A stretch of DNA of 64,000 nt, from contig JAGIQG010000009.1 of NCBI GenBank assembly GCA_024679065.1, positions 91,202,001-91,266,000 of the forward strand, given 5' to 3'. The translations under genes were made by a program, and so were the position numbers. The number at the start of each line of letters is the position of its first letter. The first letter of the stretch is position 1. Under the pieces are notes generated by a model that was not told where the DNA came from, did not search any database, and worked only from the letters and a program-made list of their open reading frames with translations. Below are positions 26,310-39,327 of this stretch, in pieces. The DNA is from Sphyrna mokarran. Lineage: Eukaryota.

Positions 26310-27214
26310 CTAATTTAGTGACAATCATCACTTTGGCCCGGGGAAATTGCGGTCTCTCCAAGTGCATCACCCGTTACCTGGTAACAATGGCAGCCGCTGA
26401 TCTCATGGTCCTGATATTTGAAATAACTCTGTATGTGACCAAAGATATAAACTTTACATATTCGTTCCTGAAATACACTCCTGTTTGCAGTTTCAATCAA
26501 GTCGTGATGTTTATTTCCATCGATTGTTCTGTCTGGTTAACTGTAGCTTTCACTTTTGACCGATTTATCGCTATTTGTCACCAATCGTTACAAAGAATAT
26601 ATTGTACAGAAAAAACTGCAACTGTGGTGACAGCAACGGTGAGCCTGTTGTGCATTATAGAAAATATTCCAATATCCTTCATATACGAGCCTCGAGAAAT
26701 AATTGATAACATACCATTTTCTTGCAAAGTGAAATCAAGCTTCTACATCTTGACGATATGGAAAGCGTTCCTGTGGCTGGAAACCATTTTAACTCCTTTT
26801 GCGCCATTTGTGCTGATCCTGTTGCTCAATTTACTTACAATCAGACATATTATCATGGCCAATAGAGTTCGCAGTGGACTCAGGAAAAATGCTGATAGCC
26901 ATAATCATACCGATCAAGAGGTGGAGAACCGCAGGAAATCTATCATTTTACTTCTCGCAATTTCTGGTTGTTTCTTACTATTATGGACGGTTAATTTTAT
27001 ATTTTTCGTACTTGTGCAATTTACAGATATTCAGTTTTTAACACGAAATTACAACGATCCCAGCACAATTGCAGAACAGTGTGGGTATATGCTTCGGGCT
27101 TTGAGTTCTTGCACAAATACATTTATTTATGGAATCTCCCAAAGCAAATTCAGGGAAGAGTTAAAGAATATGATCAAGTACCCAAAGACAGTGATTAATA
27201 ATTTAATTAAATAA
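26310..27214 (+). CDS. Exon 2 of GPR139/GPR142-like class A GPCR (spliced product 324 aa)
   Basis: TTGCAG acceptor ending at 26309. Open frame with 7TM pattern: ANLVTII, YLVTMAAADL, TPVCS, SVWLTVAFTFDRFIAICH, PFVLILLLN, RRKSIILLLAIS, SSCTNTFIY..SQSKFREEL. Stop TAA at 27212-27214. Confidence 0.93.
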
Positions 27215-28235
27215 ATTTCTAGCACTTTCATGAAAATTCTAATGAAGGGAGATGCTGCCGTATCTTGGAAGCATGCATCTTTTCCGCAATAATCACACTC
27301 TACTACCAAGTTACAATTTATCAAACGCGACAGCATTCTTCCATAGAAAGTACAATATATCCGATATAACAAAATCTGGAAAACTAATAAATATCGTTAT
27401 CTGGTCGCAGATTTGATGTGTCATCATGATTGGTAATATCACCAAGAACTGCCTTTTTTCAATTTTGAATTTAACTGACCTGGTTAAAACGTTTGTTATG
27501 TTACCATATTTAGTTTAAAAATCTATTCACTTCATTCCAAAGCCACACCCTATCACTGTTCCATATATGCAAATATTGAAAAGCAGCAATTCTGGAAAAC
27601 TCAGTTTTTCTTTCCGTAAATAATTAGACTGGGTTGTGTTTCCATCAGAGACAGCATCGTGATATTTTGTCATTGATATTTTACCACTCATAATAGGAAA
27701 TAATGAATTGTTCAAAAGAAATGATCATTTTGCTTGAACAAATTTGTTCCACAACTTTAGGAATTAACTCATTCCAAATCGATTATTCCACATGCATTTT
27801 TTTTTGCATTGTACAGGTAGCTCCCGTTGCCTGCTATAACTATCCTGAAATGAGGTATGTGATGTCTGGAAACAACATATCGATTCCTTCCTGACATGTT
27901 TCTTGTCCCGTCTATTACTGACTGCGGACATTGCTTCTTAACAACCACTAACCTTCTTCCAAGGCCTCGGGAACATTTGATAAAATCACTGCAGGTACTC
28001 TTGTCCGTAATGTTGAGCAAAATGGGCAAATATCTGCTACTTTCTTTCAAGCTCACCCCACTAATCCAACGAAACTCTATTACACTGAGTACAGAAACCT
28101 ATCCTCACCAACTTAACTTCAAATCCGTACATCGTTTGGTTCGCTGTCAGTATCTTGCTCTTTATCACGTAGAATATGCGAGACATTGTTATTTTATGAC
28201 TAACGAAGTTGCAACTTCGATAGCTCGTTGCTTTT

Positions 28236-29846
28236 AAATCATAGAACTCTACAATGCAGAAAGAGGCCCTTCGGCCTACCAAGTCTGCACCGAATACAAT
28301 CCCACCCAGGCCCTACCCCATATCTCTACATATGATACCCACTAATCCCTCTAGACTTCACATCCCTGCATACTAAGGGGCAATTTCTTAGAACATAGAA
28401 CATTACAGCGCAGAACAGACCCTTCGGCCCTCGATGTTGCGCCGACCAATTAAGAAAAAGCAATGACTCTCTAACCTAAACCGTTCCCTTTTCATCCATA
28501 AACCTATCCAGGGACTTCTTAAACGCTCCCAATCTTGGCGCATCTACAACTGCAGCAGGCAGGGCATTCCATACCCTTACTACCCTCTGGGTAAAGAACC
28601 TACCTCTGACATCCGTCCTATAACTACCATCCCTTAATTTAAAGCTATGTCCCCTCGTGCTAGCTTTCTCCATCCGAGGAAAAAGGCTATCACTGTCCAC
28701 CCTTTCTAAACCCCTGATCATCTTGTATGTTTCAATAAGGTCTCCTCTTAGCCGCCTTCTTTCTAATGAAAACAACCTCAAATCCCTCAGCCTCTCTTCA
28801 TAAGACCCTCCCTTCATACCAGGCAACATCCTGGTAAACCTCCTCTGCACCATCTCCGATGCCTCCACATCTTTCTTATAATGTGGGGACCAGAACTGTA
28901 CACAATACTCCAAGTGCAGCTGCACCAGAGTTTTGTACAGTTGCAACATGATGTTGTGGCTCCGAAATTCAATCCCCCTACCAATAAATGCCAAGACTCC
29001 GTATGCCTTCTTAACAACCTTATCGACTTGATTGCCAACTTTCAGGGATCTATGCACATATACACCTAGATCCCTCTGTTCATCAACACTATTAAGAGTC
29101 CTACCATTAGCCCTATACTTTACACATTTGTTATTCCTGCCAAAGTGAATTACCTCACACTTTTCCGCATTAAACTCCATTTGCCACCTCTCGGCCCAGC
29201 TATGCAACTTGTCCAAGTCTCTCTGCAAACTATAACACCCCTCTTCACTATCTACCACTCCTCCGACTTTGGTGTCATCCACAAATTTAGTAATCCATCC
29301 TTCTATACCCTCATCCAGATCATTTATAAAAATTACAAACAGCAGGGGCCCCAAAACAGATCCCTGAGGTACACCACTTGTAACTGAACTCCATGATGAA
29401 TAATTCCCATCAACCACCACCCTCTGTCTTCTATCAGCTAGCCAATTCCGAATCCAATTAGCTAAATCACCCTCAATCCCATACATCTGCATTTTCTGCA
29501 AAAGCCTTCCATGGGGAGCCTTATCGAACGTCTTACTAAAGTCCATATATACCACGTCAATTGCCTTACCCTTATCCACCTCTTTGGTCACTTTTTCAAA
29601 AAACTCAATAAGGTTAGTAAGGCACGACCTACCCTTCACAAAAACTATGCTGACTATCCCCAATCAATTCATTAACCTGCACATCTTTGGACTGTGGGAG
29701 GAATCCGGAGTACCCGGAGGAAACCCACGCAGACAAGAGGAGAATGTACAAACTCCACACAGACAGTGACCCGAGCCGGAAATCGAACCCAGGATCCTGG
29801 AGCTGTGAAGCAGCAGTGCTAAACCACTGTGCTTACCGTGCCGCCC
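28236..29846 (-). mobile_element. HE1-type V-SINE split by a CR1 insertion (head and V domain 29660-29846, tail 28236-28387)
   Basis: tRNA-like head with A/B boxes (minus strand GGGCGGCACGG...CAGTGGTTTAGCACTG...GGGTTCGATTTCC) and V-domain GGAGTTTG...CCTCCGGGTACTCCGGATTCCTCCCACAGTCCAAAG. The tail resumes beyond the CR1. Confidence 0.85.
28388..29660 (-). mobile_element. Young 5'-truncated CR1 LINE with uninterrupted 395-aa RT frame
   Basis: ORF 28476-29663 contains SCLTNL, YMDFSKTFDKAPH, PQGSVLGP, KFVDDTK and FFTQRVVRVWNALP, with a (TGTTCTA)n tail. Same family as 1830-2193. Confidence 0.95.
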
Positions 29847-31204
29847 TCAGTCTAATCAGTCGATCAGCTGACTGTATGATATTGCAATTGATGGACAGGT
29901 GATCTTGTGAAAATCTGTTTGGTCAGTCGGTTTTGATTCAGTCTTCCTGTAAATAGCAGATTAACTAAATTATAGTTAATTACTAAAAGTAGTAAAAGTA
30001 GCACTAAAAGTAGCCAGATGCCTTTAGGGAGGGCCTTATTCGTCTTGTACTCTCTCAAAATTAGTATTCAGAACCGAACGCGGTGGAAAATGTTGGTTAC
30101 TTCAGACACCCATGGTTTTTAGCTGACCAAAATGTGTAATATGGAAAGAGAAAACAGACATGTTTTCAACAGGATTGACCGGATAAACCCCCGGCTGAAG
30201 AATACGAGTGTACACCAATGACCAAAACAACATATCGTCATGCATTATACCGGAAATAAATATTAATGATTCCTTTCAGTTAGTGAATTATAGAAGTTAG
30301 ATCCTGAAATAATATCTGTTGTTATTTTTTAGGCAATGTATAAAAAAATCAGTTATTCTTTTCACGAACAGGGCATGCTCAGGTTTAAGTTATCGCCCAG
30401 CAAAGGCACAGATACATGCAAAGTCAGCAAACTATTCGCTGGATTTTTCAGTTTACCCAGACGGACTGATTTATAGACGTACCATCTTCACAGCAGTGCA
30501 AAAATATTCTTTTCTCACTGACACCGCCTGGGTCAGCTTTTCAATTCCTATCTGAAATCACGCAAATCCTAAAACCAAATCTTCAATTTCATCGCGGGAA
30601 ACTAATAAAAATCCGCACGTGCATTGACTAATACAAGGAACATGGATATGGACTTTTCAAAACGGAGTTTATTTGATATAACGTACCCAAACGAGCCGAG
30701 GTGATTTATTATCCCTGAATACCTGTCCAATAATAAGGATGCTTCATTCAGTAACACGTTTGTCTAGAAAATTAGAAACTTTAAGACGATGATTAACTGT
30801 CTCCAATTGAATAATGTAACTTTCATATAAAATTCTTCTATTGATTCTTGCCATCCAACCATCCAGCCCCACACCACATCTGAGCACGAGGCGAGTATCT
30901 GCTGATAGGACCATCGTAAACCCTGGAAGGAGACTTAATATCGCAATTATATGACCCAGCAGAAAAAAACAATGCTTCAATATCCACAAAGATGATGTAT
31001 TATCATTAAAAAAAAACTGGGATGGAGCCATCCGCCCAAATTTAAACAGGTTCCGCATGAAATCAAGGCAACTGAGCCGCAGGAAATTTCCCTCTTCCAG
31101 CTCTCGAATGTTATCAGCAGTACTTGAGGTCATCCTTCAAACGGCTATTGCGCTGTTTACACATTTATATTTCCCACGGTCCGATCCTAACAAGGTCCAA
31201 TTTT

Positions 31205-31472
31205 AAATCATAAAAACTCTACAGTAAAGAAGGAGGCCATTTGGCCCATCGGGTATATTTCGACCACAATCCCACCTAAACCCTAATCCTCATCTAACGT
31301 TGCTAATCATTAGGGTCAATTTAGCATGGCCCAATTCGCACATCTTTGGAGTGTGAGAGGAAACCCACGCAGGCACGGGGAGAATGTACAAACCCGACAC
31401 AGACAGTGACCCAAGCCGGGAATCGAGCCCGGTTCCCTGGCGCTGTGAGGCAGCAGTGCTAACTATGCCACT
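31205..31472 (-). mobile_element. HE1-type V-SINE (internally deleted)
   Basis: tRNA-like head (CCGGGCTCGATTCCCGGCTTGGGTCACTG on the minus strand), part of the V domain, and a LINE-like tail. Confidence 0.85.
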
Positions 31473-31899
31473 GGTAATTTATTATTTATGTAATTATCCT
31501 CTCCCGGAAGCCTGTGGAACGTCAGGTGCAGAATTTTTTTGATTCCTGGATTTTTACAAGCTGTTATCCGAACTTCCGTTAATATTAGCGAAAGCTTTTT
31601 GATTTCGGTCCGTCGAGCAGCCTCCTTATACTGACATTATTGAGAATATATGTAATTAAAAGTAACAGAAAGGAAAATAAATTATCGTGCACCTAATACC
31701 CAGGTGCTGCTAAAATTCAAAGAGATACATAATTTTACCAGATCTATTCCATATACTTAATTGAACTTCAGGAATCTGTAGATGTATTCTCGGAATTCTC
31801 TTTTCAAAAAGATAGGACTACAACTGTAATCCTTCCAGTTCTTCGGATTGCTATCTAAAACGCCCCATTCACTAACCAACGTTAAATAAAAACGGATGA

Positions 31900-32015
31900 A
31901 ATAAAAACAGAACATACTGGATAAAATTCTATGGAAGGGTCATTCGGACACGAAACGTGAACTCTGTCTCTCCACAGATGTTGCTGAGCTTTTCCAGCAT
32001 CTTCTGTTTTTATTT
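31900..32015 (+). mobile_element. Short PLE-derived inverted-end fragment with decayed hammerhead-like core
   Basis: ATAAAAACAGAA..CTGGATAAA and TTTTCCAGCATCTTCTGTTTTTATTT inverted ends flank CTATGGAAGGGTC...GACACGAAACGTG. Related pieces at ~36400-36540, ~48540-48610 and ~57580-57650. Confidence 0.55.
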
Positions 32016-32307
32016 GTACTTTTAAACGTTGTTTTCAGTAAAAATGCTTGAATTATTACAAATATGAAGCAAGACTTGGCGAGATTACGTTTATCTCAGG
32101 TCTAAACTCGACTTTATTTGATTACCAAAGCAATGATAACATCGTTATAGCACATTGTTTAGCATTGCAGAAAGGACAGCTTTTAAAAATCCCTTTGGAA
32201 AGCAGTCACTGTCCTAGTCCCAGAATAGTCGGTGTTCATGATATACTGCTTGCAACTGATCAATCTTCAAATAAAAATTCCAGCCAAATTTTATATTTTC
32301 ATTTAGA

Positions 32308-34740
32308 TACAGGGAGGTATTCTGTAGGGAAGGGAGTGTGGGCAGTATGTTATTTAATTACCCAGTGGTGCTGTAGGGAAGGGAGTGTGGACAGTGTGTT
32401 ATTCAGTAACAAGGAGGCGTGGTTTAGAGAAGGGAGTATGGATAACGTGTTATTTAGTTACAGGGAGGTGTGCTGTACGGATAGTGTGTTCTGCAGTCAT
32501 AGGACAATGTGCTGTAGCAACGGAAGTGTGGGCAGTGTTAGTTACAGGACGGTGTGCTGCAGGGAAGGGAGCGTGGACAGTGTGTTATTCAACTACAGTA
32601 CGGTATGGTTTAAAGAAGGTAGTGTGGAGAGTGTATTATTTAATTACGGAGGTATGCAGTAGGGAAGGCAGTGTAGAAAGTGTTATTGTTACAGAGAGAG
32701 ATGTGCTGCAGTGAAGGGAGTGTGGGCAGTGTATTATTCAGTCACAGCAAGTGTACTGTAGGGAAAGGAGTGTGGACAATATGTTACTCAGTTACAGGGG
32801 GTGTATTGTAGAGGAAGGGAGTCTGGACGATGTGTTAGTTACACGACTTTGTGCTGTTGGAAACGGAGTGTGGACAGTGTGTTATTCAGTTACAGAGAAG
32901 TGCGGTTTAGAGGAAGGAGTGTGGAAGGTGTATTATTCAGTTACAAAATGATGTGCTCTAGGGAAGGGAATGGGTTAACAATATGTTATTCGGTCACAGG
33001 ACGTTGTGCTGAAGGGAAAGGAGTGTGGCCAACGTGTTATTAAGTTGACAGCAGTGCTGTTGGGAAAGATGTGTGAACATGTCTTCTTGAGTTACAGTGG
33101 GTGTTTTGTGAGGAAGGGAAGGTGGACAGTCTGTTATTCAGTGACGGGAGAATGCGCTGGAAGGAAAGGAGTACGGACGGTGTGTTACTCAATTACTTGA
33201 CGGTGTGCAGTGGAGAAGGGATCGTGGACAGTGTTATTCAGTTACAGGGAGATGTGCTATAGGGAACGGGCGTGAGGACAACGACCCATCGCATGTATGC
33301 CCCTTGTTAGACAACAAGGCAGACCAAAGTACCTGTAGGATAAAAACAAATACATCAATATCATCAACTATTTACACACTTCCCAGGAACTCCCAAGGTT
33401 CATGATCCCTATTTTAAATCAGTTTTCTATATCCCTCCATTCCCATTCTGTTCATGTGCCCGTCTAAGTATTTAAGGAGCCTTGGTGAATTCCTGCAGTG
33501 CATCTTGTAGATGGTATACACTGCTGTCACTGTGCATCAGTGGAGGGAGTGATTGTGTGTGAATTGAAGGCCAACCAATCGGTTGTTTTGCCCTGGATGA
33601 CCTTCTTGAATAAAGCTGGAGTTACATCCATCCAGGCAAGTGGAGTTTATTCCATTACACTCCTGACTTGTGCATTGCAGGTGGTGATCAGGTTTTGGAG
33701 AGTCAGGAGGTGAGTTAGCGGGATTATTAGACTCTAACATGATTAGGGAGGAATGCTGTAGGGAAGGGAGTGGGGACAGTGTGTTATTCAGTTACAGGAT
33801 GCTACGCCGTAGGAAAGGACTGTTGATGATGTGTTATTCAGTTACAGGGAAATGTAGGAACAGGAGTGTGGACTTTATATTATTCAGTTACAGGGAGGTG
33901 TACTGCAGGGAAGGGAGTGTAGACAGTGTGTGTCGTTCAGTTATATTTACTCGGAGGTATGCTGTAGGAAATGGAGTGTTGAAAATATGTTATTAAGTTA
34001 TAGGACAGTGTGCTATAGGCTAGGAGTGTGGACAGTGTTGTTCAGTTACACGGACGTGTGCTGTAGAGAAGGGAATGTTGATAGTGTGTTATTCAGTTAC
34101 AGGATTGTGTGCTGCTCGAAGTAAGAATAGACAATGTGTTATTCAGTTGCAGGACAGTGTGCTGTAGGTAAGCGAGTGTCGATGTTATGCTATTTAGTGA
34201 CAGGACAGTGTGCTGTAGGGAAGCAAGTGTGGACAGTGTTATTCAGTTGCATGTAAATGTGCTATAGGAACAGGAGTGAGGACAACTTGCAATTTACTCT
34301 GTTTTGTTCTGTAGGGAAGGAAATGTAGACAGTGTGTTTATCAGTTACAGAGTGGCATGCTGCATCAAACGGAGTGGAGACAGTGTGTTATTCATTTACA
34401 GGATGCTGTGCGTAGGGAAACAAATGTTGATGGTGTGTTATTCAGTTACAGGGAAATGTGCTGTAGGAATGGGAGTGTGGACATTGTATTATTTAGTTAC
34501 AGGGAGGTATACTGTAGGGAAGGGACTGTTGATAGCACATTATTAAGTTACAGGACAGTATGCTGTAGGACAGGAGTGCGGACAGTATGTTGTTCAGTTA
34601 CACGGAGGTGTGCTGTAGAGAAGGGAATGTTGGTAGTATGTTATTCAGTTACAGGATTGTGTGCTGCAGGAAATTAGTGTGGACAGTTGCAGGATAGCAT
34701 GCTGTTGGGAAGCGAGTGCAGACAGTGTATTTTTCAGTTG
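32308..34740. repeat. Minisatellite, ~51-bp unit (TTATTCAGTTACAGGGAGGTGTGCTGTAGGGAAGGGAGTGTGGACAGTGTG-like), interrupted at ~33280-33740 by LINE fragments
   Basis: Anchors TT(C/T/A)AGTTAC at 34441, 34492 and 34543 are spaced 51 bp apart, with dozens of degenerate copies. Confidence 0.93.
33280..33472 (-). mobile_element. Fragment of the subfamily-A CR1 composite 3' UTR
   Basis: Matches window positions ~220-411 (AACAAGG..ACCTGTAGGATAAAAACAA...TCATGATCCCTATTTTAAATCAG). Confidence 0.85.
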
Positions 34741-37579
34741 TAGGATTATCCAGATTAACACATATGGAAAGAAAATTAGCAATTTTATCAATTACAAACA
34801 AGAAAAAATTCCATGATATTATATAACCTTTAACAAATATGCAATATTCCAATCAAATAAATTTCCTCATAAACAGAACCCTTGCCACAGGTTTAACACC
34901 ACAAACATAAATGCTCATGTGATGCCAGAGCTTTGTCTTTTGGTTGGGTGCTGCTGTTCTCTTGAGACACACATAGACAAGTTTGGAGTGAGAACAGCTT
35001 CCCAAAATACCAGCCAGAGAGACACTCCAGTTACTAGCTAGTGAACCACTAACAGCAGAATTTTCACTCCAGAAAGGCTATAAGCCTTGCGTTCAGCTAG
35101 CCAACTGAATTGCCATTACTAGGGAGATGGAGAGAAACACTGCTTTGCATGTGACAACCAGGACACTTCTGATTCTAAAACCAAAACTGAAGATGAATCC
35201 TTAGATTTTCCTAGGAAGGAACCACTGACTTTGACTTGTCAATCAATCTTCCTTCTCATAATGCAGGGTCATAAAAGATCCCAAAAAGTACCTGAAGCTC
35301 AGAGTAAAAATAAACAAAACCCCATTTAAACCATTGAAGCAGTAATAATAGAACTTCTAAGGAAGAAAATCCAAAGATGCTTAACTGGAGAAGGCATAAT
35401 TTAAAAAACTAACAGCACACATTTGCCAGGACAGATACCTAGTTTGCATGGATGGTGAGTGGGATCAGTGAGATGATGAGGACACGACCCACAGGGGAAA
35501 TCAAGATGTTTTTGATGGAGCGAGTGGTGATGTCTATTGAGCTGTCAGTGAGATCCATTTGGAAGTGCAGAGGGCATGTGGATTTTGAGAAATGAAACTA
35601 ATAAGTTACCAAGACAGAATGGAAATTGCTCATCACCCGTTAACAATCCGGCATGAATCCCATGGCCTCTCATTTTTTTCCTCTAAGTGGCTTACAATGC
35701 GATGGAAAATGCTGCCATCACTGTTGATTGTAGCATGATGCTAGCAATGAAACACATCTTTCCCTCAAACACCTTTCAGCATTCTGCAAGGGCTGTTCCT
35801 CTTCCATCACACTCAGCTCCTCATCCCCTTCCCAGGCACTCACAGAAGATGTGACACCCTGCGCCTTTACATCCTCCCTCTTCACTGCTCAAGGCCCCAA
35901 ACATTCCTTTCAGGTTCAGCATTTCCTTCAGTTTGATTTAAATTTATTCACCGCTCCCAATGTTGCCTCTTCTACTTTGGGAAGATTAATCGCAGAGTGA
36001 GTGACTCCTTTGTGGAACACCTTCACACATTCTGCAAGCATTACTCCAACCTTCCTTGCCATTGTAACTCACCACCTTACTTTCATGCCTACTGTGATGT
36101 TCCAGTGAAGCCCAACGTAAGCTGCAGAGACAGCACCTCATCTTCTGATTAGGCCTGTTACAGCATTCTGGACTCAACATTGAGTTCAACAACTTTAAAC
36201 TGGGATCTTTCTACACCATCTTAAACTCCTTTTTAAAAATAAATCCCATACATTTACTGTTTGAATACAATAATCCTCTCTTTCCACCCTCTCCACCTCA
36301 CTCTCACACCATACAATCTTCTCATGTTCTGGAGGTTGCTACATCTTGTTGCAATCTCTCACAGTTACAGTTTAATGTCATTCCTTCCACTCTTTAGTTC
36401 TGATGAAGCACCAAACAGACTCAGAATGTTGAAAAGCAGATGTCACAATCTGTAACAAAAACAAAAACTCAAAATGTTGTTTTATCTCCCAACAGATGCT
36501 GCTAGACCTGCTGAATTTCTCCAGCGTCCTCTGTTCTAGGTCCTTTCCCACTTTCACACACACAAACATGTACAGTTCATGTTTAAATGAGGAACAATAT
36601 CCTGAGATGGAAGACACATAGGGAAATGACAGGACCAGACTCCACGTGGGTCTCAGTGTGGGGAGCAGCCTCAGGTGGAGTTTGTAATCCAGCTAATGCT
36701 TCTATAACTCTAACTGGGATTGGAATCTCAAGTTTTGCAACCGTTTCATTGTAAGTTTTTATCCGCGGAGACTGGCTCCCCAAAGTGAGTCCACCATCTC
36801 TGAGGCACAAGTCAAAAGTGTGATGGAACATTCTCCACTCGCCTGGACTAGTGGCAGCTCAAGCAAATAGTTATGAATCTCAATGATCTCCAGCTCTAAC
36901 TAACCCTTTCGACTGGCACCCATCCATCATCCTAAACATTCACTTCCTCCACCACTCACACACACTGGCTGCAATGTGCATCATCTACAAGATGCTCTGC
37001 AGTGACCCAACACAGCTCCTTCACTGGGTCAGGACCCTGACCTCTCTTCCTAACAGCACTGAGGGTTTACCTACACCTCAAGGACTGCAGCGGATCCAAA
37101 AGGTAGCTCAGCACCACTTCTCCAGGACAATTAGGGATGGGCAATCAATGCTGACCTCGAATGAAGAACAAAAAAAACCTTCTAACACCTCGCCCCGCTG
37201 ATTCCTGCCACTTAGACAGAAATGAGCAGCAGCCAAATGGGGACAGCAGTTCCTGGAAATTCCCCTTCCAGTCACTGACCATCCTGACTTGGAATTGAAT
37301 CATTCCTAATCTGTGTGAAAATACACATGGACACCTAGGCCTCTCTATTCAGCTACACTCTGCAAAATTATCCCCATCTATAGCACCTAATCACCCATTA
37401 TGATGAACTTCTCTGTGATCTTGTTGAACAATTGAAGCAGGTTTGTTCCTGGTGTTTTTTTGAAGAATTATTTAGTCTCCATGGTGTGAAGCCCCTGGCA
37501 CGAGGCGCGTTGGAAGCAGCCTCTCACTGGCTGTGAACTACATTACCCATGCAGTCTGGTGGTGCTGTGTGGAGAACAC

Positions 37580-37715
37580 CTCATTCACCTGACAAAGACC
37601 AGTGGCTCAAAAGCTTGTGAGTTTACTATCAAATAAATCAATTGGATTTAAACCTGGTGTTGTCAGACTTCTTACTGTGTTTACCCCAGTCCAACGCCGG
37701 CATCTCTACATCGTG
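37580..37715 (+). mobile_element. PLE terminal-repeat fragment
   Basis: CCTGACAAAG...AAAGCTTGTGAGTTTACTATCAAATAAATC..TTGGATTTAAACCTGGTGTTGTCAGACTTCTTACT..CCAGTCCAACGCCGGCATCTCTACATC matches 23464-23588. Confidence 0.8.
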
Positions 37716-37837
37716 TTGTGTGGAATGAGGAGCTGCCCTGATGCACGCTGGCAGTTGTAATTCTGACACTCCGAGTGGCAGTTGGTGCACAAATTTGAAT
37801 TGGAGAAAAGCACAAGCAGCTGTCATGCGGGAAGCGG

Positions 37838-39150
37838 CCGTTAAACCCCCGAACCCTACCCTCTCCCCCCTGAATCCCACTCCCTCCCCCCGAACCCCAC
37901 CCCTCCCCTCAGAGCCTCAATCCTTTTCCCCTGAACCCCAACCCCTTCTCCCTGAACCCCAACCCCTACCACAGAAACTCAACCGCTCCCCAACCCTAAA
38001 AACTACCTCCCCACCCCGTCCTCAAACCTCACTTGCATCCCCACCCTTCCCCCAATTTCCATCCTCTCCCATCCTCAACTTCACCCCTATACAGACGCCT
38101 AACTTTACCCCAACTGCACTCCCACCCCCATGCCAACTTCACCCCCTACCCTACCTCCCCTAACATATTTCTCGAGTGATATGGAGTAACAAGCCCCAAG
38201 AACCATGAATGAACAGAGATATTCACGATATTTGAGAAAAGAACAAGCAGGGGTCACGGAGGACAACCGTTAAACTCCCTGAATTCCCTCCCCCCACCTG
38301 CATCCCTTACCCCTCCCCCACTCCATCCCCAACTTCACCTCTTCTCAAAACCCTAACTTCACTCCCCTCCTTATCCCCAACTTACCCCATGCCCTAACTT
38401 CATCTCCACTCCTATCATCACCCCTTCCTCTAACTTCACCCCCACCCACTTCACCCCCACTGACACACTCTTCTTCACCCTCTCCCACACCCCTAACTTC
38501 ACCCTCTTCCCTACCCCAACTTACCCTTCCCCCAACTTTACCCCGACTCCCATCATCATCATCGCTTCCCTCAACTTCACCCCCACGCACCCTCCAATTT
38601 CGTCCCCACCCACAATTTCACTCCCACCCAATTTTACCCCCTCCCCAATTTCACCCCACTCCCATCATCACTCCTTCCCTCAACTTCACCAGCACCCGCC
38701 TGCAACTTCATCCCACTCCCAAATTCACGCCCACCCACAACCCTAACTTTACCCATACCCCCAACTTCACCCCTCCCACACTCCCAACTTCACCCCCAAC
38801 TTCATCTATCTACATCCCAACTTCACCCCCCTCCCATTGTCCCAACATCATTCCTCCCCAAGCTGCACACTGTATCCACCATCATAACAAATCCCACTCC
38901 CACCTTCTTCACCCTCTTCTCACCCCTAACTTCAACCCCACCCTCACCCTCTTCCCCACCCTCAATTTATGCTCTTGTCCTTCCCCAAATTTACTCCCAA
39001 ACCCAACTTCATCCCCTCCCCATCCCAACTTACCCCCTCCTCCCTCCCCAAATTTACCCCTCCCCAAATTTACCCCCTTCCCCAACTTCATCTCCTCCTC
39101 CAAATTCACCCCTTCCCCTATCCCCAGCTTCCCCCATGCCCAACTTCCTT
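37838..39150. repeat. C-rich low-complexity/minisatellite (CCCCAACTTCACCC-like) in two blocks
   Basis: Repeated CCC(C/T)AACTT(C/T)ACCCC. Both blocks start CCGTTAAAC (37838, ~38267) and end in the same CR1 fragment (~38170, ~39150). Confidence 0.88.
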
Positions 39151-39327
39151 CTCAAGTGATAGGAAGGATTAACAAGCCCAGAGAACCGTGGATGACCAGA
39201 GATATTCAGATATGATGAGAAGTATGAGGAACGCTTTTAGCACATATAAGGTGAACAAATCAGCGGAGGCATTGGTGGAATACAGAAAGTGCAGGATGGA
39301 GCTTAAGAAAACAATCAGGAAAGTAAA

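Noticed and set aside
29770-29846. tRNA genes at the A/B-box-containing heads (also ~31400-31470, 49096, 50540, 62683)
   Set aside because: Each continues into a V domain and LINE-like tail, so these are SINE heads rather than tRNA genes.
32308-34740. CRISPR-like array
   Set aside because: The units are degenerate contiguous tandem copies with no unique spacers, there are no cas genes, and the context is vertebrate.
34745-35420. Solo LTR (similarly ~45601-45860)
   Set aside because: The composition is LTR-like, but no second copy, TSD or clear termini could be established.
36640-36756. Exon-like segment ending in GTAAGT as a leader exon for the class I-like gene
   Set aside because: It needs a frameshift to read as a signal peptide, lies ~22 kb away, and no alpha1 exon was found in between.
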